From contig NC_058383.1 of NCBI RefSeq assembly GCF_018350175.1, positions 4,650,001-4,714,000 of the forward strand: DNA of 64,000 nt. Direction: 5' to 3'. Both the position numbers and the translations under genes were made by a program. How positions within the stretch are numbered: position 1 is the stretch's first letter; each line of letters begins with the position of its first letter. Below, piece after piece: positions 1-13,180 of this stretch. The notes below the pieces were generated by a model, which saw only the letters and a program-made list of their open reading frames with translations, had not been told where the DNA came from and did not search any database. Source of the DNA: Felis catus. Taxonomy: Eukaryota.

Positions 1-376
1 GAGTAAAGCTCCTGCCAGGGCAACACCACACAAATGGACAAGCATCGGATTCCCTGGCCTTCTCTCCGGCCACCTTTCCTAGCAGGGCCTCTGGCCCCCT
101 CTTCACAGGGTGTGCGTAGGGCCCGTCCACGGTCTCCTCCTTCCTGCCTGACGCACCTCCTGCTTCAGCTCTTTCATCTTGGACTTTGACCCTCACGGGG
201 GCTAGCCACCTGGGGCCACCCGTGTGGCTAAGTGTTCTACTTCCTCCCTGTGTTGGTCCAAACAGCGCATCTCAAATACCTCTCTTGCAGCGACATGGTT
301 GGTTGCGCTGACGAACGCCCGAGACGTCAGGGTGAGGTCTATCGCAGGGAGAGTGCCTTAACATACTTTGAATGTT

Positions 377-613
377 GGGGCACCTGGGTGGCTCACTCGG
401 TTAAGCGGCCGACTTCAGCTCAGGTCATGATCTCGTGGTCCGTGAGTTCGAGCCCCGCGTGGGGCTCTGTGCTGACAGCTCAGAGCGTGGAGCCTGCTTC
501 GGATTCTGTGTCTCCCTCTCTCTCTGCCCCTCCCCTGTTCATGGTCTGTCTCTCTGTCTCAAAAATAAATAAATGTTTAAAAAAAATTAAAACAACAACA
601 GCAACAACAACAA
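377..613 (+). mobile_element. Can-SINE (SINEC_Fc-like) with 12-bp TSD
   Basis: GGGGCACCTGGGTGGCTCA head, CT-rich body, A-rich tail; TSD ACTTTGAATGTT at 365-376 and 614-625. Confidence 0.92.
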
Positions 614-792
614 ACTTTGAATGTTATGCTGCCAGGCTTGGCGTCACAGGTGTGGCGGGGTACTGCCCGGGGTTCAGTGGGAAAGATGCGGACATGAAAA
701 AGGACCAATGGCTGAAAACAGACAGCATCAGTATTGAACAGGTTGGCAGGGAAGAACAGGGCACAGAGACCAAGACCCTTCTCCAGGACCAC

Positions 793-998
793 TTTTCTTT
801 TTTTAATGTTCATTTATTTATTTTGAGAGAAAATGCAAGCAGGGGAGGCACACAGAGAGAGGGAGAGAGAGAGAATTCCAAGCAGGCTCCACACAGCACA
901 AGGCCCGACATGGGGCTCGAACTCACGAACCATGAGGTCATGAACTGAGCCGAGATCAAAAGTCAGACACTTAACCGACTGAGCCACTCGGATGCCCC
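793..998 (-). mobile_element. Can-SINE
   Basis: Reverse complement of SINEC head and body; poly-T at the left end. Confidence 0.88.
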
Positions 999-1775
999 AA
1001 GCACAGTTTTCTGACAATAAGAGTTGATTCCAATTCAGGAGAGGACGCCGAAGGTACACAGTCACTTTCCAGCCTCGAAAAGAAAACGAAATCCTCTCAT
1101 AGTCCAAATCAAACCGATATAAAAACAGAGACTGTTACCTAGAGCAGGCGTCTCTGAAGAGACTCCGGAGATGTGGGGTTGACAAGAGGAGAACTGAGAG
1201 CTGCGGAACACAGAGCTGCACGCAGGGCACACGCTGGGCACCGCAAGAGAGGACGGCGGACGCTAATGGAGCCCTGGAGCATCCCCAGGCCCATCGGGAG
1301 GGCCCGGGGTTCCCTGTCGGCAGCAGAAGTGAAGGGAAATTAACCACAGGCCTACCTGAGCAGCCTGGGTGGCTGCCGGTTTTCAGTGCACACAGCAGCC
1401 CGATGAGGGTCGGATGGTAAGAACGCTCTGGCCGCGGGCACTGTGGCCACACACACTTCAGAGCCTCTGTAATTAGGGTGGCCACACGCTCACCGTCCAA
1501 ACCAAAAACTTCCGTGTGGGGTAAATGTTAAACCAGAAGGAATACAGGTGCAACAAGATGGTCTCAGGCAAACCAGGCCATACATGAGCTCCATCCGTGT
1601 TGGACACGGATGATTTTCCTGAGGGCGGTGTCTGTCAGCACAGAGCCTGATGCAGGGAAGGCGCGGCCTGGAGCCTGCTTCTGATTCTGTGTTTCTCTCT
1701 TTCTCTGCCTCTCTCTCTCTCTCTCAAAAATGAATGAACATTAAAAAAAAAATTCTTTTCTAAATAGCATTACCA

Positions 1776-1935
1776 GGGGTGCCTGGGTGGCTCAGTTGGC
1801 TAAGTATCCAACTCTTGATCTTGGCTCGGGTCATGATGTCAGAGTTCGTGAATTCAAGCCCCATGTCGGGCTCTGAGCTGACAGTGTGGAGCCTGCTTGG
1901 GATTCTGCCCCTCCAACTCTCTCTCTCAAAATTAA
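1776..1935 (+). mobile_element. Can-SINE
   Basis: GGGGTGCCTGGGTGGCTCAGTTGGCTAAG head. Confidence 0.85.
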
Positions 1936-1939
1936 CTCA

Positions 1940-2510
1940 ACAAATAGAATTACCATAGGATCCAGCAATTCTTTTGAGTGTATGCTTGTAAGAACTGAAA
2001 GCAGGGCCTTCAAAGAGCTACTTATATGTTCACAGCAGCATTACGTACCATCGCTAAGACATACAAGTAACCCAAGCGTCCACCGACAGGCGAAGAGATA
2101 AGCAAGATGTGGTCCATATGTACAACGGAGTCATCCTCAGCCTTAAAAAGAAAGGAAATCCTGGCACCTGCTCCAACATGGACGAACTCTGAGGACACTA
2201 TGCTCGTTGAAAATAAACCAGTTACAAAACGACGAACAGTGTGCGAATCTACTTAAATGAGCAATCACACTCAGAGACAGAGAGGAGAATGGCTGCAGGG
2301 GCTGGGAGAGAAGGGGAGTTATTATCTGATGCGGAACAGAGTTTCAGTTTTGCAGGATGAGAAGTATTCTTGAGATGGTTGATAGTGATGGTTGCCTAAC
2401 AATGTGAATGTACTTAATGCCAACGAACTGGGTATCTTAAAATGGTTAAAACGGTGAATGAATTTCATGTCATGTGTAATTTACCACAATAAAAACACTG
2501 GAAGAAAAAA
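1940..2510 (+). mobile_element. Old L1 (L1MB-like) ORF2 end / 3' UTR fragment
   Basis: tagaattaccataggatccagcaattc...aatgtgaatgtacttaatgcc...aaaatggttaaa...taatttaccacaat, typical L1M 3' sequence. Confidence 0.75.
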
Positions 2511-4828
2511 AATGAAGTGATATCTACCTAAACACATATCGCTAAGCCACTAACTTCTAGAGCTCCGCAGACTTCCCCTCCACAAGGGAAAGCGCAAAAT
2601 GGGGTCATTAGGTGAATATATTCACGTTAGCTGTTAGGAATTTTTCTCTCAAAAACTGAAATTAAAAAAATCAAGAATTCTCACCAATTGAGGAAAAACG
2701 AGTAAGTAAAAACTAAGCATCAAGGTGAGCTGGTCAGCAATAATGGAATCAATTTCATAAAGGGAACGACTTACAATTTTTCCACTGATTTATATTTTTT
2801 AACAAATTAAGCAGGATATTGCTTCCATAACATGAGAACATTCTCCTAAAAACAGCCATCACAAAATGCTTAGAGATTAAAGACCAAATTGTTGAATTTT
2901 TTTAAATCCCCAAGGAACAGGCTTAAATAACAAATGGGACACAAAATATATAATCTAGGAAATCTCTCAGATAACTAGAAATTGAAATGATGAGATAAAG
3001 CTTGAGATATGAAAGCCAAATCTGACAGATTTGACGTTTTCACAACGAACGAGAAAAAAAAAAAAAAAAAAAAACAACTGAAAACGATACCTGAGCTGAA
3101 GAATCAAGTAAGCCTTCGCATCAAAAGGGGCCATCCAATTCGCAAACAGGACTACTGGGAGGAAAATACAGATCTAGAAACTTCCTGACAAAATACCCAA
3201 AGCGGAAAAATTAAGGAAAAAAAATCCTAAAAAGTTACAAGGGTGGAAAAAACACCCTTAGGTACCCCTGGGAACTGCCACTCTACTTCTCACCTGAGAA
3301 AAACCCACAGAGAACTGCCCACTGCTTGTGAAGGAAAAAGGATTTCGAACCCAGAACTGTATATGAAGCCAAGCTATCACTGAGGCATGCAGACATTGTA
3401 AAGGTATTTGCAGCGAAGCAGGACAACTGATTTATCAAAGGGAACAATTTCCTTCAAACACTCGAGATACCCTTCCACCCCAGCCCGAACAGGGGGTACA
3501 GAAGCCCCAGCGGAGGAGGCAAGAAGGTTTCCAGAGTTGCTGCCAGGAGTAGTTCCGGCGACCGCGAACACTGAACTCGTATTTCAGAAGAGAAGCGCTC
3601 AGCAAATGTGCCCCATGGCCCTGCTACTTACAAAGTCCTCATCAACAAGGGTTTATATCACTTACAAAGTCTGCATCAACAAGGGTTCATACCACTGATC
3701 CGGATGCCACGGCTGAGACTGCCCAAGACTGCAGAGTTGAGCTCACTGGCCACCCAGAGCAGGGCGTCCCAGCTGGTCCAGGCCAAGTGAGCCTGTGAAC
3801 TGCCATGGAGAGTAAGAACCTTCTGGGTTCTCAGTCCACACGGCAAGGAGTAGCAGGATTAGAAGACCGATCGATCAATAAATAGGATAGATAAAATTAC
3901 ACAGTATCTCTTACATCAACACAAACATCCACAACGAAATATCAGCAAACAGAAAACAACACCAGACTGAAACGGTAACATATAATATCTAAGCGGCACT
4001 TACTCCAAAAATACAGACCTGTTTAATCTTTGAAAATCCACTGACACAACATGCCATTATAATACAGCTAAGAAAAGACTGATCTCCACAAAGATGCTGC
4101 AAACACCTGACAATATTTGAACTACATGCGTGATTAAAAAATTCCTCACAAAAACAGAAATGGATACTTCACTAGCACGGACTTGCATACACACACACAC
4201 TCTTGTACCCTGAGATGCAAAGTACGTGTGATACGTGCATACACGTACCCATCTCAATCACACACAAGCACATGTATGCTTTTTAAGTTTACACAGATGA
4301 GGACACGCACGCACATGTGTATTTATGGAGACTTCTCAGTTCTAAAATCGGGGTTTTACTTAATGGACAAACACTAGACTCATTCTCAGTAAGATCGGGA
4401 ACGGGGCAAAGTGCTACCTCTGATTGGAGAAAAACAATCAGAGGCATAACAATCAACAGAGAAAAGGTGAAACTATTATTTGCAGGTGATACACTACACC
4501 TAGAAAACTCAGAGAGTCAAAAACAAAACCGACTCAATGAAAGAATTCTGTGAGATGACAGGATATAAAATCAACACACAGAAAGCAACAGCCCTCAGGG
4601 TGCCTGGCTGGCTCGATGGGAGGAGCTGGCGACTCTTGATCTTGGGGTTGTGAGTTGGAGCCCCAGGCTGGGTGTAAGGATTAGTTAAATAAACTTAAAA
4701 AAGAAAAAAAGAAAGAAAAAAAATCTTAAAAAAACAAAACAAAGCCAAAAACCCTCGTTACGTAAAAAGAAGCGTACAGTTTACAGAGCAACAGAAAAGA
4801 TAAAACTGTTAATAAGAAATGTATAGAG

Positions 4829-5115
4829 TGTTATGCTAAGTGAAATAAGTCACACAGAGAAAGATAGATACCATATGTTTTCACTCTTATGTGGATCCTG
4901 AGAAACTTAACAGAAGACCATGGGGGGAAAAAAAATTAGGGAGGGAGGCGAACTATAAGAGATTCTTAAAAACTGAGAATAAACTGAAGGTTGGCGGGGG
5001 GTGGGGGAAAGGGGAAAGTGGGTGATGGGCATGGAGGAGGGCACCTGTTGGGATGAGCACTGGGTGTTGTATGGAAACCAATTTGACAATAAATTTCATA
5101 TATTAAAAAAAAAAA
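4829..5115 (+). mobile_element. Young 5'-truncated carnivore/felid L1 3' end
   Basis: atgctaagtgaaataagtca...gggatgagcactgggtgttgtatggaaaccaatttgacaataaatttc followed by poly-A. Confidence 0.85.
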
Positions 5116-6039
5116 TGTGTAAAATCTATAGCAGGAAAACTTTAAAAACAGTCCCGAAAGACACAGAGGTACACTTGAACAAATGGCATGACGCTTTGTT
5201 CCTGCACAGGTCAACTCAGTAACACAAAGATGCAAGTTACCCCCAATTACTTTACAGATGTGTGTGATCCCAACAAAAAGATCAAAAAACTTTTTTCGTG
5301 GGGGGCCTGGGTGGCTCAGTCGGTTGAACGTCTAACTCCTACTGAGGTCATGATCTTGCGGCTCGTGTTTTCGAGCCCTGAATTGGGCTCTATGCTGTCA
5401 GCACAGAGCCCACTTCTGATCCTCTGTCTGCCTCACTCTGAACTTCCCCAACTTGCACTCTCTCAAAAATAAACAAACATTAAAAAAAAAAAAAAAATCT
5501 TTTGCCTGGAACTAGGCAAGCTGGCACTAAAGTTCATATGAGGGGAAGAAATCAAGAACAATTAGGAAAATCTCCAAAGAAAGCGGCAGTTTAGGGGGCC
5601 TAATCCTACCAGTTTTAAAACACAACCTTCATGGGGCGCCTGCCTGGCTCAGTCAGAAGAGCATGAGACTCTTGATCTTGGGGTTGTGAGTCCAAGCCCC
5701 ACATTACTTAAATACACATTAAAAAAAAAAAAAAAAGACCCCAACCTTTATGAATGAAATGGTTTGGTTCGGCACGAGAATGGAGACGTGTCTGTGACGT
5801 AGAGCACCAAGTCTAAAAACAGACTTTACAATAATCCACGGAACTGACTGCAATAAACAGTGTTGGAGTAACGGTAGTCATTTGGGCATGGACAAAACAG
5901 CATCCGTATCTTACACCATAAAAGAAAAAAGTCCAACTGATCAGTGATCTAAATGTAAAATATTCAGCAACACAGAAAACAAACAAACACAAACTATGGG
6001 TGAATTTCCCCATAACCAGTGCGGAGAAAGGTTTCTAAC

Positions 6040-7900
6040 TATGACTCAAGATATTGGGACTGCTTTCAGCCAAGACGAAGAAGGACTGGATTTACCCTCC
6101 CTCCTGAAAGGACACCAAAAAACAGAATATACAAAGCTGTGGTCTCCAAGATGCTGATCTTGAAGCAACGATCGTGGACAGTAATCAGAGACAGGAAATA
6201 AACAAGGTGAGGCCTGTGGTTACTGCCTTGAGAGTTTCCAGCCCTGCAGCAGGGAGGGAGAACCCAAACAGAGGTGAGGACGGTTGACACACTGGGGAAA
6301 CAGGTAGGAAAGTATAGCCCGTACAGAAAATCATCAATCGACCAAAGTGGGCCCAGAGCGGACACAGATGTTATAAGCGCCAGAGCACAAGGAAACAGTT
6401 TATAACGGGATTCCTTATGTTCAAAATATCTGAGTAGGAACAGGGAGGATATAAACAAAGACTCAGACTGAACTTCCGCACATAAAAGCTACAGTGTCTG
6501 AGATGAAAAGTACAGCAGACTAGATGAACACACTGCCGGAAAAAAAGATGAGTCAACTCAAAGCACAGCAACAGAAGCTTATATAAGATGAAGCACCCAG
6601 AGAGAACAGAGTTTGAAGAGAATGAAGAGTGTCAGTGAGCGGTGGGACAACTTCAAGTGGCGGAACATACAGGTAAGAGGAATCCATGCAGGGCGGATGG
6701 ATGGGGAGACGGGGGGCATAGCTGAAGAAATACGATCAAAAATGTCTCACAGTTGCCGAAAATCATAAACATGCAGATCCAAGAAGTTCAAGGAGATCCC
6801 CAAGCACAGAGACATGAAGAAAACAATACCAAGACCTCTCACAATCAAACTGCTCAAAACCAGAAACAAAGAGAAAAGTTTAGGGGTGCCTGGGTGACTC
6901 AGTCAGTTAAGCGTCTGACTCTTGATCTCAGCTCAGGTCATGATCTCCCAGTTCGTGACTTCGAGCCCCGCCTCGGGCTCTGTGCTGACAGTGTAGAGCC
7001 TGCTTGGGATCCTGTTTCTGCCTCTCTCTCTGCCCCTTCCACCCCCTTCTCTGAAAATAAGTAAATAAAAACTTAAAAACTTAAACGCAGCAAGAGGAAG
7101 AAAAATAAATAAAAACCAGGTTATATACAGAGAAGGAAGGTGAGGAGGACATCATATTTCTCTTGGAAACAATGTAAGCGAGAAGACAGCAGAGGAACAG
7201 GTTTGAAGCACAGGAGAAAAACCAGCATAGCTCCCTTGACATAAAAGCCAACGCAAAAATAAAGGCGTTTTCAGACATACAAGGCCTGAAGGAACTCATC
7301 ATCAACTAGAAGAAGAGGTGATGGAAGTCCTTCAGGCAGAAGGAAAATGACAGAAAATAAGAATCTGGATTTTTTCAGAAAAAATAGTAACTATGCTATT
7401 CTCCCTTATTCTTTAAAAGATAACTGTTTACGTAACAATCACAATGTACTGCAGGGTTGATCCTGCCTGTAAACGCAAAATGCAACAACAGTTTAAGGAC
7501 CCAGAAGGGACAAATGGAAGGGACCATAACCTTCCTGCATGCTAAGCAAAAGAGAACATCACTTCAAGAGAAACTGTGATGAATTAAAGCTGCATACTAC
7601 AAACCCTAAAGCACCCACTGAAATAACAACCGTGCTATAGCTAACAACCCCACAAAGGATGTGAAATGGAATCATAAAAAAAATTCAATTAGTCCAAAGG
7701 AAGGAAAACAAGGAAGAAAGAGGAGACAAAGCTGATGGGACAACTAGAAATCAAAGACAATGGACTACAACCTAACCAGTTATGCCAATAATTGTATTAG
7801 GTGTAAATGGCCGAAGCAGCCCAATTAATAGAAACTGTCAGACTGGATTAAAAAAAAAAAAAAAAAGCAAGACCCTACTATGTGCTGTCTACAGGAAATG
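6040..7900 (+). mobile_element. Degenerate old L1 5'/ORF1-like segment interrupted by a Can-SINE (6882-7080)
   Basis: A-rich L1 ORF1-like remnants (cagatccaagaagttcaa; tcacaatcaaactgctcaaaacc; gactggattaaaaa...gaccctactatgtgctgtctacagga). Confidence 0.6.
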
Positions 7901-7914
7901 CACTTATTAAAAAG

Positions 7915-7967
7915 ATGTTTATTTATTTATTTTGAGAGAGGGAGTATGTGTGCACGAGCAGTGGAGG

Positions 7968-8019
<52 letters not shown>

Positions 8020-8125
8020 ATCCCAAGCAGGTTCCACACTGTCATCACAGAGCCAGACAGGGGGCTCAAATTCAGAAACTGCAAGATCACGACCTGAGCC
8101 AAAATCAAGAGCAGACGCTTAACTG
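7915..8125 (-). mobile_element. Can-SINE with expanded (AG)n
   Basis: Reverse SINEC body containing a long AG run. Confidence 0.85.
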
Positions 8126-9130
8126 GAAATAAAAAATTGCTATAAAGGAAATTACTGGGAAAACTTGTTAAATCAGAAGGTGAACTATAGCTTCGATAAA
8201 AATATTATATCAAAGTTACATTTCCTGAATTCAGTATCTTTGATCTCAGGAGGTACAATCTGAAAAGGGACATGACAGATGACATCCACTCTCAAATGGT
8301 TCAGAAAAAAATACATATATACACAGAGATAATAAAGCAAATGTGGGAACATGTCAAAGTCTGGAGTATCTGGGCAAAAGGAACACGGGAGTTCTTCGTA
8401 CGATCCTTGCAACTGCTGTGCAATTTGAAGTTTTTTCAAAATAAAATGCTGAATCAAAACGAAAGCTATCAAATATATAGGGGATGTTTCAAAAGACTCA
8501 GAAACCAATCTGAAGAGATTCCTCTGGTCAAAGACAGATCCACCTAGACACCAAATAGAGTGACAACTTCAGTGTACTGAAAAACTTAAAACGCGTCTAA
8601 CCCCGTGAGCTAATGATAACAAAACGAAACACACAAACTAAATTCCTGTTGCACAGGAGCCTACTCAATATTGTGGAAATTATCTTTTCTGTGTGAACCA
8701 CAGAACGATTTGAGAGATGCTTTCCTTTAGAAAAGTATTCTAGCTAGTAAATGAAGAAGCAACGGTAAAGCAGCATGTATCACTTTGTCTCCCCTGAAGA
8801 ATTGGCAATGAACATCAGCCAATGGAGGTTAACATCACACACACAAAAAGACAGGATTAGAACACGGCCTCCAGGAGAAAGTAGACAAGGGTCATGAGGA
8901 ACAAAGTCTTGCCAAAACAACTGAACGTAAATGGCTAAACTTCCCAAGTTAACTACCAATTTTACAAGACTTACTGGGAATTAAAAAAAAAAAAAGTGTG
9001 AAAGTTAAAATGACAGCAATGTGATACAGACCATGGGAAACTAAGGATAAACCCAATTTCGTCAAAACATAAATTACAAAATAACACAAGAGACACACAG
9101 GGGGAGCTACTATTAAAAGATTTAAAAGAC

Positions 9131-9590
9131 AGGGCGCCTGGGTGGCTCTGTCAGTTGAACGTCGGACTCCTGGTCTTGGCTCAGGTCACCATCTCGATCG
9201 TGGGATCTTGTGAAATCGAGTCCCACGTGGGGCTCTACAATGACAGCATGGAGCCTGCTTGGGATTCTCTCTCTCCCCCCACCCCTCTCTCTGACCCTTC
9301 CCCACTCGAGATCTCTCTCTTTCTCTCTCTCTCAAAAATAAATGGACAAACATTAAAAAAAAAATTTAGGGGCACCTGGTGGCTCAGTCAGTTAAGCATC
9401 CGACTTCGGCTCAGGCCATGATCTCACAGTTCATGAGTCTGAGCCCCATGTTGGGCTCTGTGCTGACAGCTCAGAGGATTCTGAGGCATTCACACAGAGG
9501 ATTCTGCGTCTCCCTCTCTCTGCCCCTCCCCACTCACACTCCTGTCTCTCTCCCTGTCAAAAATAAATAAACATTTAAAATGAAAAAATT
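9131..9590 (+). mobile_element. Two tandem Can-SINEs
   Basis: Heads at ~9131 and ~9368; the second follows the A-tail of the first. Confidence 0.88.
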
Positions 9591-10440
9591 TAAAAGACTT
9601 ATCGGCCAGCCACAACATGTGGACTCTTACGCGTATCCTGATTGAAAAGAACAAACCCAAAACATTCAGAAAACTGTGAACCTCTGAACACCAAATATTA
9701 TATATTAAAAAAGAAAGATAATGTGGGCTATCCCCACCCCCTCTTTCAAAGACTCCTCATCAGCTCAAGGTATTTACAGAAATACTTCAGGTGACTTGTT
9801 TTAGAGGCCAAGAACCAAGAGACCCCAGGAGAAAGTATCCATTTGTAAGTAACAGGTCAACAGCAAACACATGGTGATGTGAGGTAAGGCTGGAAAACGC
9901 CCAACGGATTTGACTGTAATGAGGTCAATGCTAATCTTTACCACCACATTCAGGAGAGCGGTGAGGACAAAACCCAAGCGCTGAGGATTAACGGAAACAG
10001 ACGTGAGGACACATTTACTAGAGAATACCTTCCCGTACCATTTACGGCACAACCCGAATAAACAGTAACAGAAGCATCTGAAGGATGAACAGGCCATTTC
10101 CTCAGGACTTCGCTTTTACCCCTGTATTAAACAGTAGCAGGGAAAACATGTCTGGCTGGATCACAGCATTTTGGTGCATGTCATTTCTCCCTGGGCGGGC
10201 CCTCAGCTCAGATAAGCTACAAGTATAAGCCACGTGTTGCAATGACATTAAAGGTTGTTACCGGGAAAGCTATCCCTGGTTATTTCAATTTTAACAAGAA
10301 AATTTTTTTCAAGTCTTGGGAAATCTTTAAAACCCACAAGTAACAGACTGGGTTCTTCTTACAGTCAATACAAATCACGTAATGGGCGGTACTCTTCCTT
10401 TTCTGTAACTGTCAGGAACATCAGTTACATTTGTAGCTAT

Positions 10441-10660
10441 AGGGGCACGTGGGCAGTCCAGTCAGTTAAGCCTCTTCCGCTCAGGTCATCATCTCCCCGA
10501 TCTCGCCGTTCGTGGGTTCGAGCGCCATGTCGGGCTCTGTGCTGACAACATGGAGCCTGGGGCCTACTTTGGATTCTCTATCTCCTTCTCTGCCCTTCCA
10601 CTGCTCAAGCTCTGTCTCTCTCTCTCAAAAGTAAACATTAAAAAAAAAAATTAAAAAAAA
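10441..10660 (+). mobile_element. Can-SINE
   Basis: SINEC body; flanking direct repeat ATTTGTAGCT. Confidence 0.85.
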
Positions 10661-10882
10661 TATTTGTAGCTCTACCCCCACAGCCCTGAAGTAGCCCACT
10701 ATCTACACACATAAACTCAACAAGGACTCTGGGTGCCGATCCAAATCCTAACAATTTTATTTTACACGATGATGTCTTTTATTTATTTCTACATTCCCAC
10801 TGTAAAATCTGGAACCATGTAAACCTCCTAAAATGCATTAAAAAACAAGTAAGAGAATATATACAGACAAAGGAAAGCTCAC

Positions 10883-10897
10883 CTGGGACTCATTCAT
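10883..10897 (-). CDS. RBAK: Start exon (MNESQ) of a ZNF12-paralogous KRAB zinc finger gene, probably RBAK; exon 10883-10941, remaining exons apparently outside the window to the left
   Basis: Minus strand reads ctttctccttccctAG|gtccacc...caagagcagtagaaaATG AAT GAG TCC CAG|GTGAGC. It has the same 5-codon phase-0 architecture and caagag..g.agaa.ATG leader as ZNF12 exon 2, at the equivalent distance from exon 1. The RBAK name is inferred from recalled mouse Rbak-Spdye4-Zfp12 synteny, not from coding sequence in the window. Confidence 0.62.
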
Positions 10898-11129
10898 TTT
10901 CTACTGCTCTTGGAAATGCGTACAGACTGTTAACGGTGGACCTAGGGAAGGAGAAAGAAATAACAGAAGTCATGGGTAATCTGGCCTGCCCAGGCAGGAG
11001 CATCCTGCATAGTAACCGCCAAAGAAAAGCTCATAAAATGACACCCTGTGAACACTTACAAGGAGCTAAGGATGTGACAAAGGTGGAACACAAAGCATAC
11101 CTGTTACTCCCACATATCAGGAGATGTTT

Positions 11130-11340
11130 GGTTTTAAGTTTTTTAATGTTTGTTTATTTTTGAGAGACAGAGCGTGAGCAGGGGAGGGCCAGAGAGAGAG
11201 GGAAACACAGAATCCAAAGCAGGCTCCAGGCTCCGAGCTGTCAGCACAGACGCTGATGCAGGGCTCGGATTCACTGACCATGAGATCAAGATCTGAGTTG
11301 AAGTTGGACCCTTAACCAATGGAGCCACCCAGGCGCCCCA
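11130..11340 (-). mobile_element. Can-SINE in intron 1 of the leftward KRAB-ZNF
   Basis: Reverse SINEC; TSD CAGGAGATGTTT on both sides. Confidence 0.88.
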
Positions 11341-11627
11341 CAGGAGATGTTTAGATGGGTTACCCTCGTTGGTTAATATAAATATTCATTCCTTTTTTAA
11401 ATAGTTTGCCTTCATTAAATTAATGTTGCCAAAAAAAAAAAAAATCTCCCCTTACACCGTTTACAAATTTTCTTACTGTGTCTTCAAACTGTTTAAAATC
11501 AAAGTATCCAGAGGAAAAAAGAATATTAGCTCTCCAAAACGGGACAGATGGGCATCATCAAGGCACGATTTTGTTTTTATATTATCTAACTTAACTAGGT
11601 TATCATTGCACGTAAGAAGAAAACTTA

Positions 11628-12764
11628 AACAGAGTGGAAGCACATTGGCGCAGGAGTTGAGTCGCATCCACAATCCCACCCATAGACTCGGTCACCCTGC
11701 AAGAGCCACCTCCCTTCTCAGGCCCAACCTCCTCCTCTGTCACCCCAGCGGCCGCGGCCGCAGCAGCAGCAGCAAACCCTCTCAGGCTTGTCCTGCATTG
11801 CACTGGCGGATGCCACAGGGCAGTGCCCGGCGCGGTCGGCACACACTTAGAGCACACAGCACAGGTGCTCAGGAACGCTTAGAGACCCGCTTGGAAGACG
11901 GAGAGGGCGGCACGGGGAGCAAGGGGTATCGGGACTGGAGAACGGAGCGGACACAGAACGTCCGCAGCCCACGCGGGGACCCCCTGCGCTCCCAGGAAAC
12001 CTGGGCCCCACGAGTCCCGGGGAGAGCCCATCCCTCCCTGGCCGCCGCTCGCGCCCTCGGTTTGCGGCGCGGCCCACAAGATGCACAACCGCCTAGAGGC
12101 CCGAAAGCCCACGACCTACCTCGTCGGGACCTGCCGAGCTGCCCCGAGGCTCCCGAGGGCTCCGGAGCTGGCGCGGCGCCTCCCGGGGCCGCCGTTCCCG
12201 AGGAGCCGGATCTGGGCCTCCGGGACAAATTCACTTCGGGCCGACGACCGTCCCGGGGCCCGAATCGGCCGCCTGGGACCTCGCCGTCCCGCGAGCCTCG
12301 GCCGAACCGCCGCGGGTGCAAACGGGCCGGGCCCGGGCCCCGCCGCCCTGCGCCGCCGGTGCCGCCGCCCGGCCCCTCCGGCCCAGCCCGCGGGCTCCGG
12401 GGCTCGCGCTTGGGGGTCTCCGCTCGAGACTCCGCCCGGCCCGCACAGCTCTGCGCCCGCTGGGTGCCGGCCCGGACGGACGGCGCGCAGCCCCGCAGGC
12501 CCCGGGGTCCTTGCCCGCCTGAGGCCGAAGCCTGGGAAGCACGGCCAGCGGTGACCTGGGCACGGACAGGAAGCGAGAGCGGCGCGGCGGAACTGCGCGT
12601 GCGCGAACACGCACACAGGGCGAGTCGCACATGCGCAGGACGACGCCGGCGGTGCTCCTGACGGGAGTCCGCCTCGGGAGCGGGACCAATACCCGGACTC
12701 TGTTTCCCATAAGTCTAAGCGCCCACATGTTAGGGGACGTCTCGAATGTCTCCACCCTATCTGG
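11628..12764 (-). promoter_or_regulatory. CpG-island promoter, non-coding exon 1 and 5' intron 1 of a leftward KRAB-ZNF (left arm of inverted repeat)
   Basis: Reverse complement of 31387-32519 (~95% by hand alignment) with the same CCAAT (12686-12690), NRF1 and ETS motifs, and the same donor GAG|GTAGGT (exon ends 12120 on -). Confidence 0.85.
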
Positions 12765-13180
12765 TGCTTAAAAGGGCGCTGTGTGGAGGGGATTGACCGC
12801 CTGGACCTGGGACCCAATTTTCCATTTGTCTTCGCTTCTGTTAGGGATTAAGGGAAGGTGTAGCCTAGAGTAGCGGGCTGTGTTTACGTCCTGGATCCCT
12901 GGTCCTTTGCTTGCCCTGAGATCTTTCGTGTTGGCACTGAGATTCCCCACGAACAGGAGGGGACAAGGAAAGGGTGTACCATGTGCACGTCACTGAAATA
13001 TTAGAAGTTTCACTGAAACGCTGGGATACAATTAATACCCAGCCATGACATAAAGTAATAGTATCTATGGGCACATGGTTTTTCCAAGAGGGAGAAGGAA
13101 ATAGAAGATGTAGCTTGTTCAGATTGCACAACTAATGCGTAAAGACTGTAAAACAATCAGGAAATACACACAAACCGAAA

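Noticed and set aside
377-460. tRNA-like A/B-box sequences at SINE heads
   Set aside because: These are tRNA-derived Can-SINE heads followed by SINE body and tail, not tRNA genes.
232-948. 238-aa ORF
   Set aside because: Largely built from two Can-SINEs; no domain recognised.
11423-12817. Long ORFs (412, 253, 233, 174 aa) over the left CpG island
   Set aside because: Pro/Arg/Gly/Ala-rich and open in several frames on both strands, as expected from high GC. Single-base indels between the two arms shift the frames, so there is no coding constraint.
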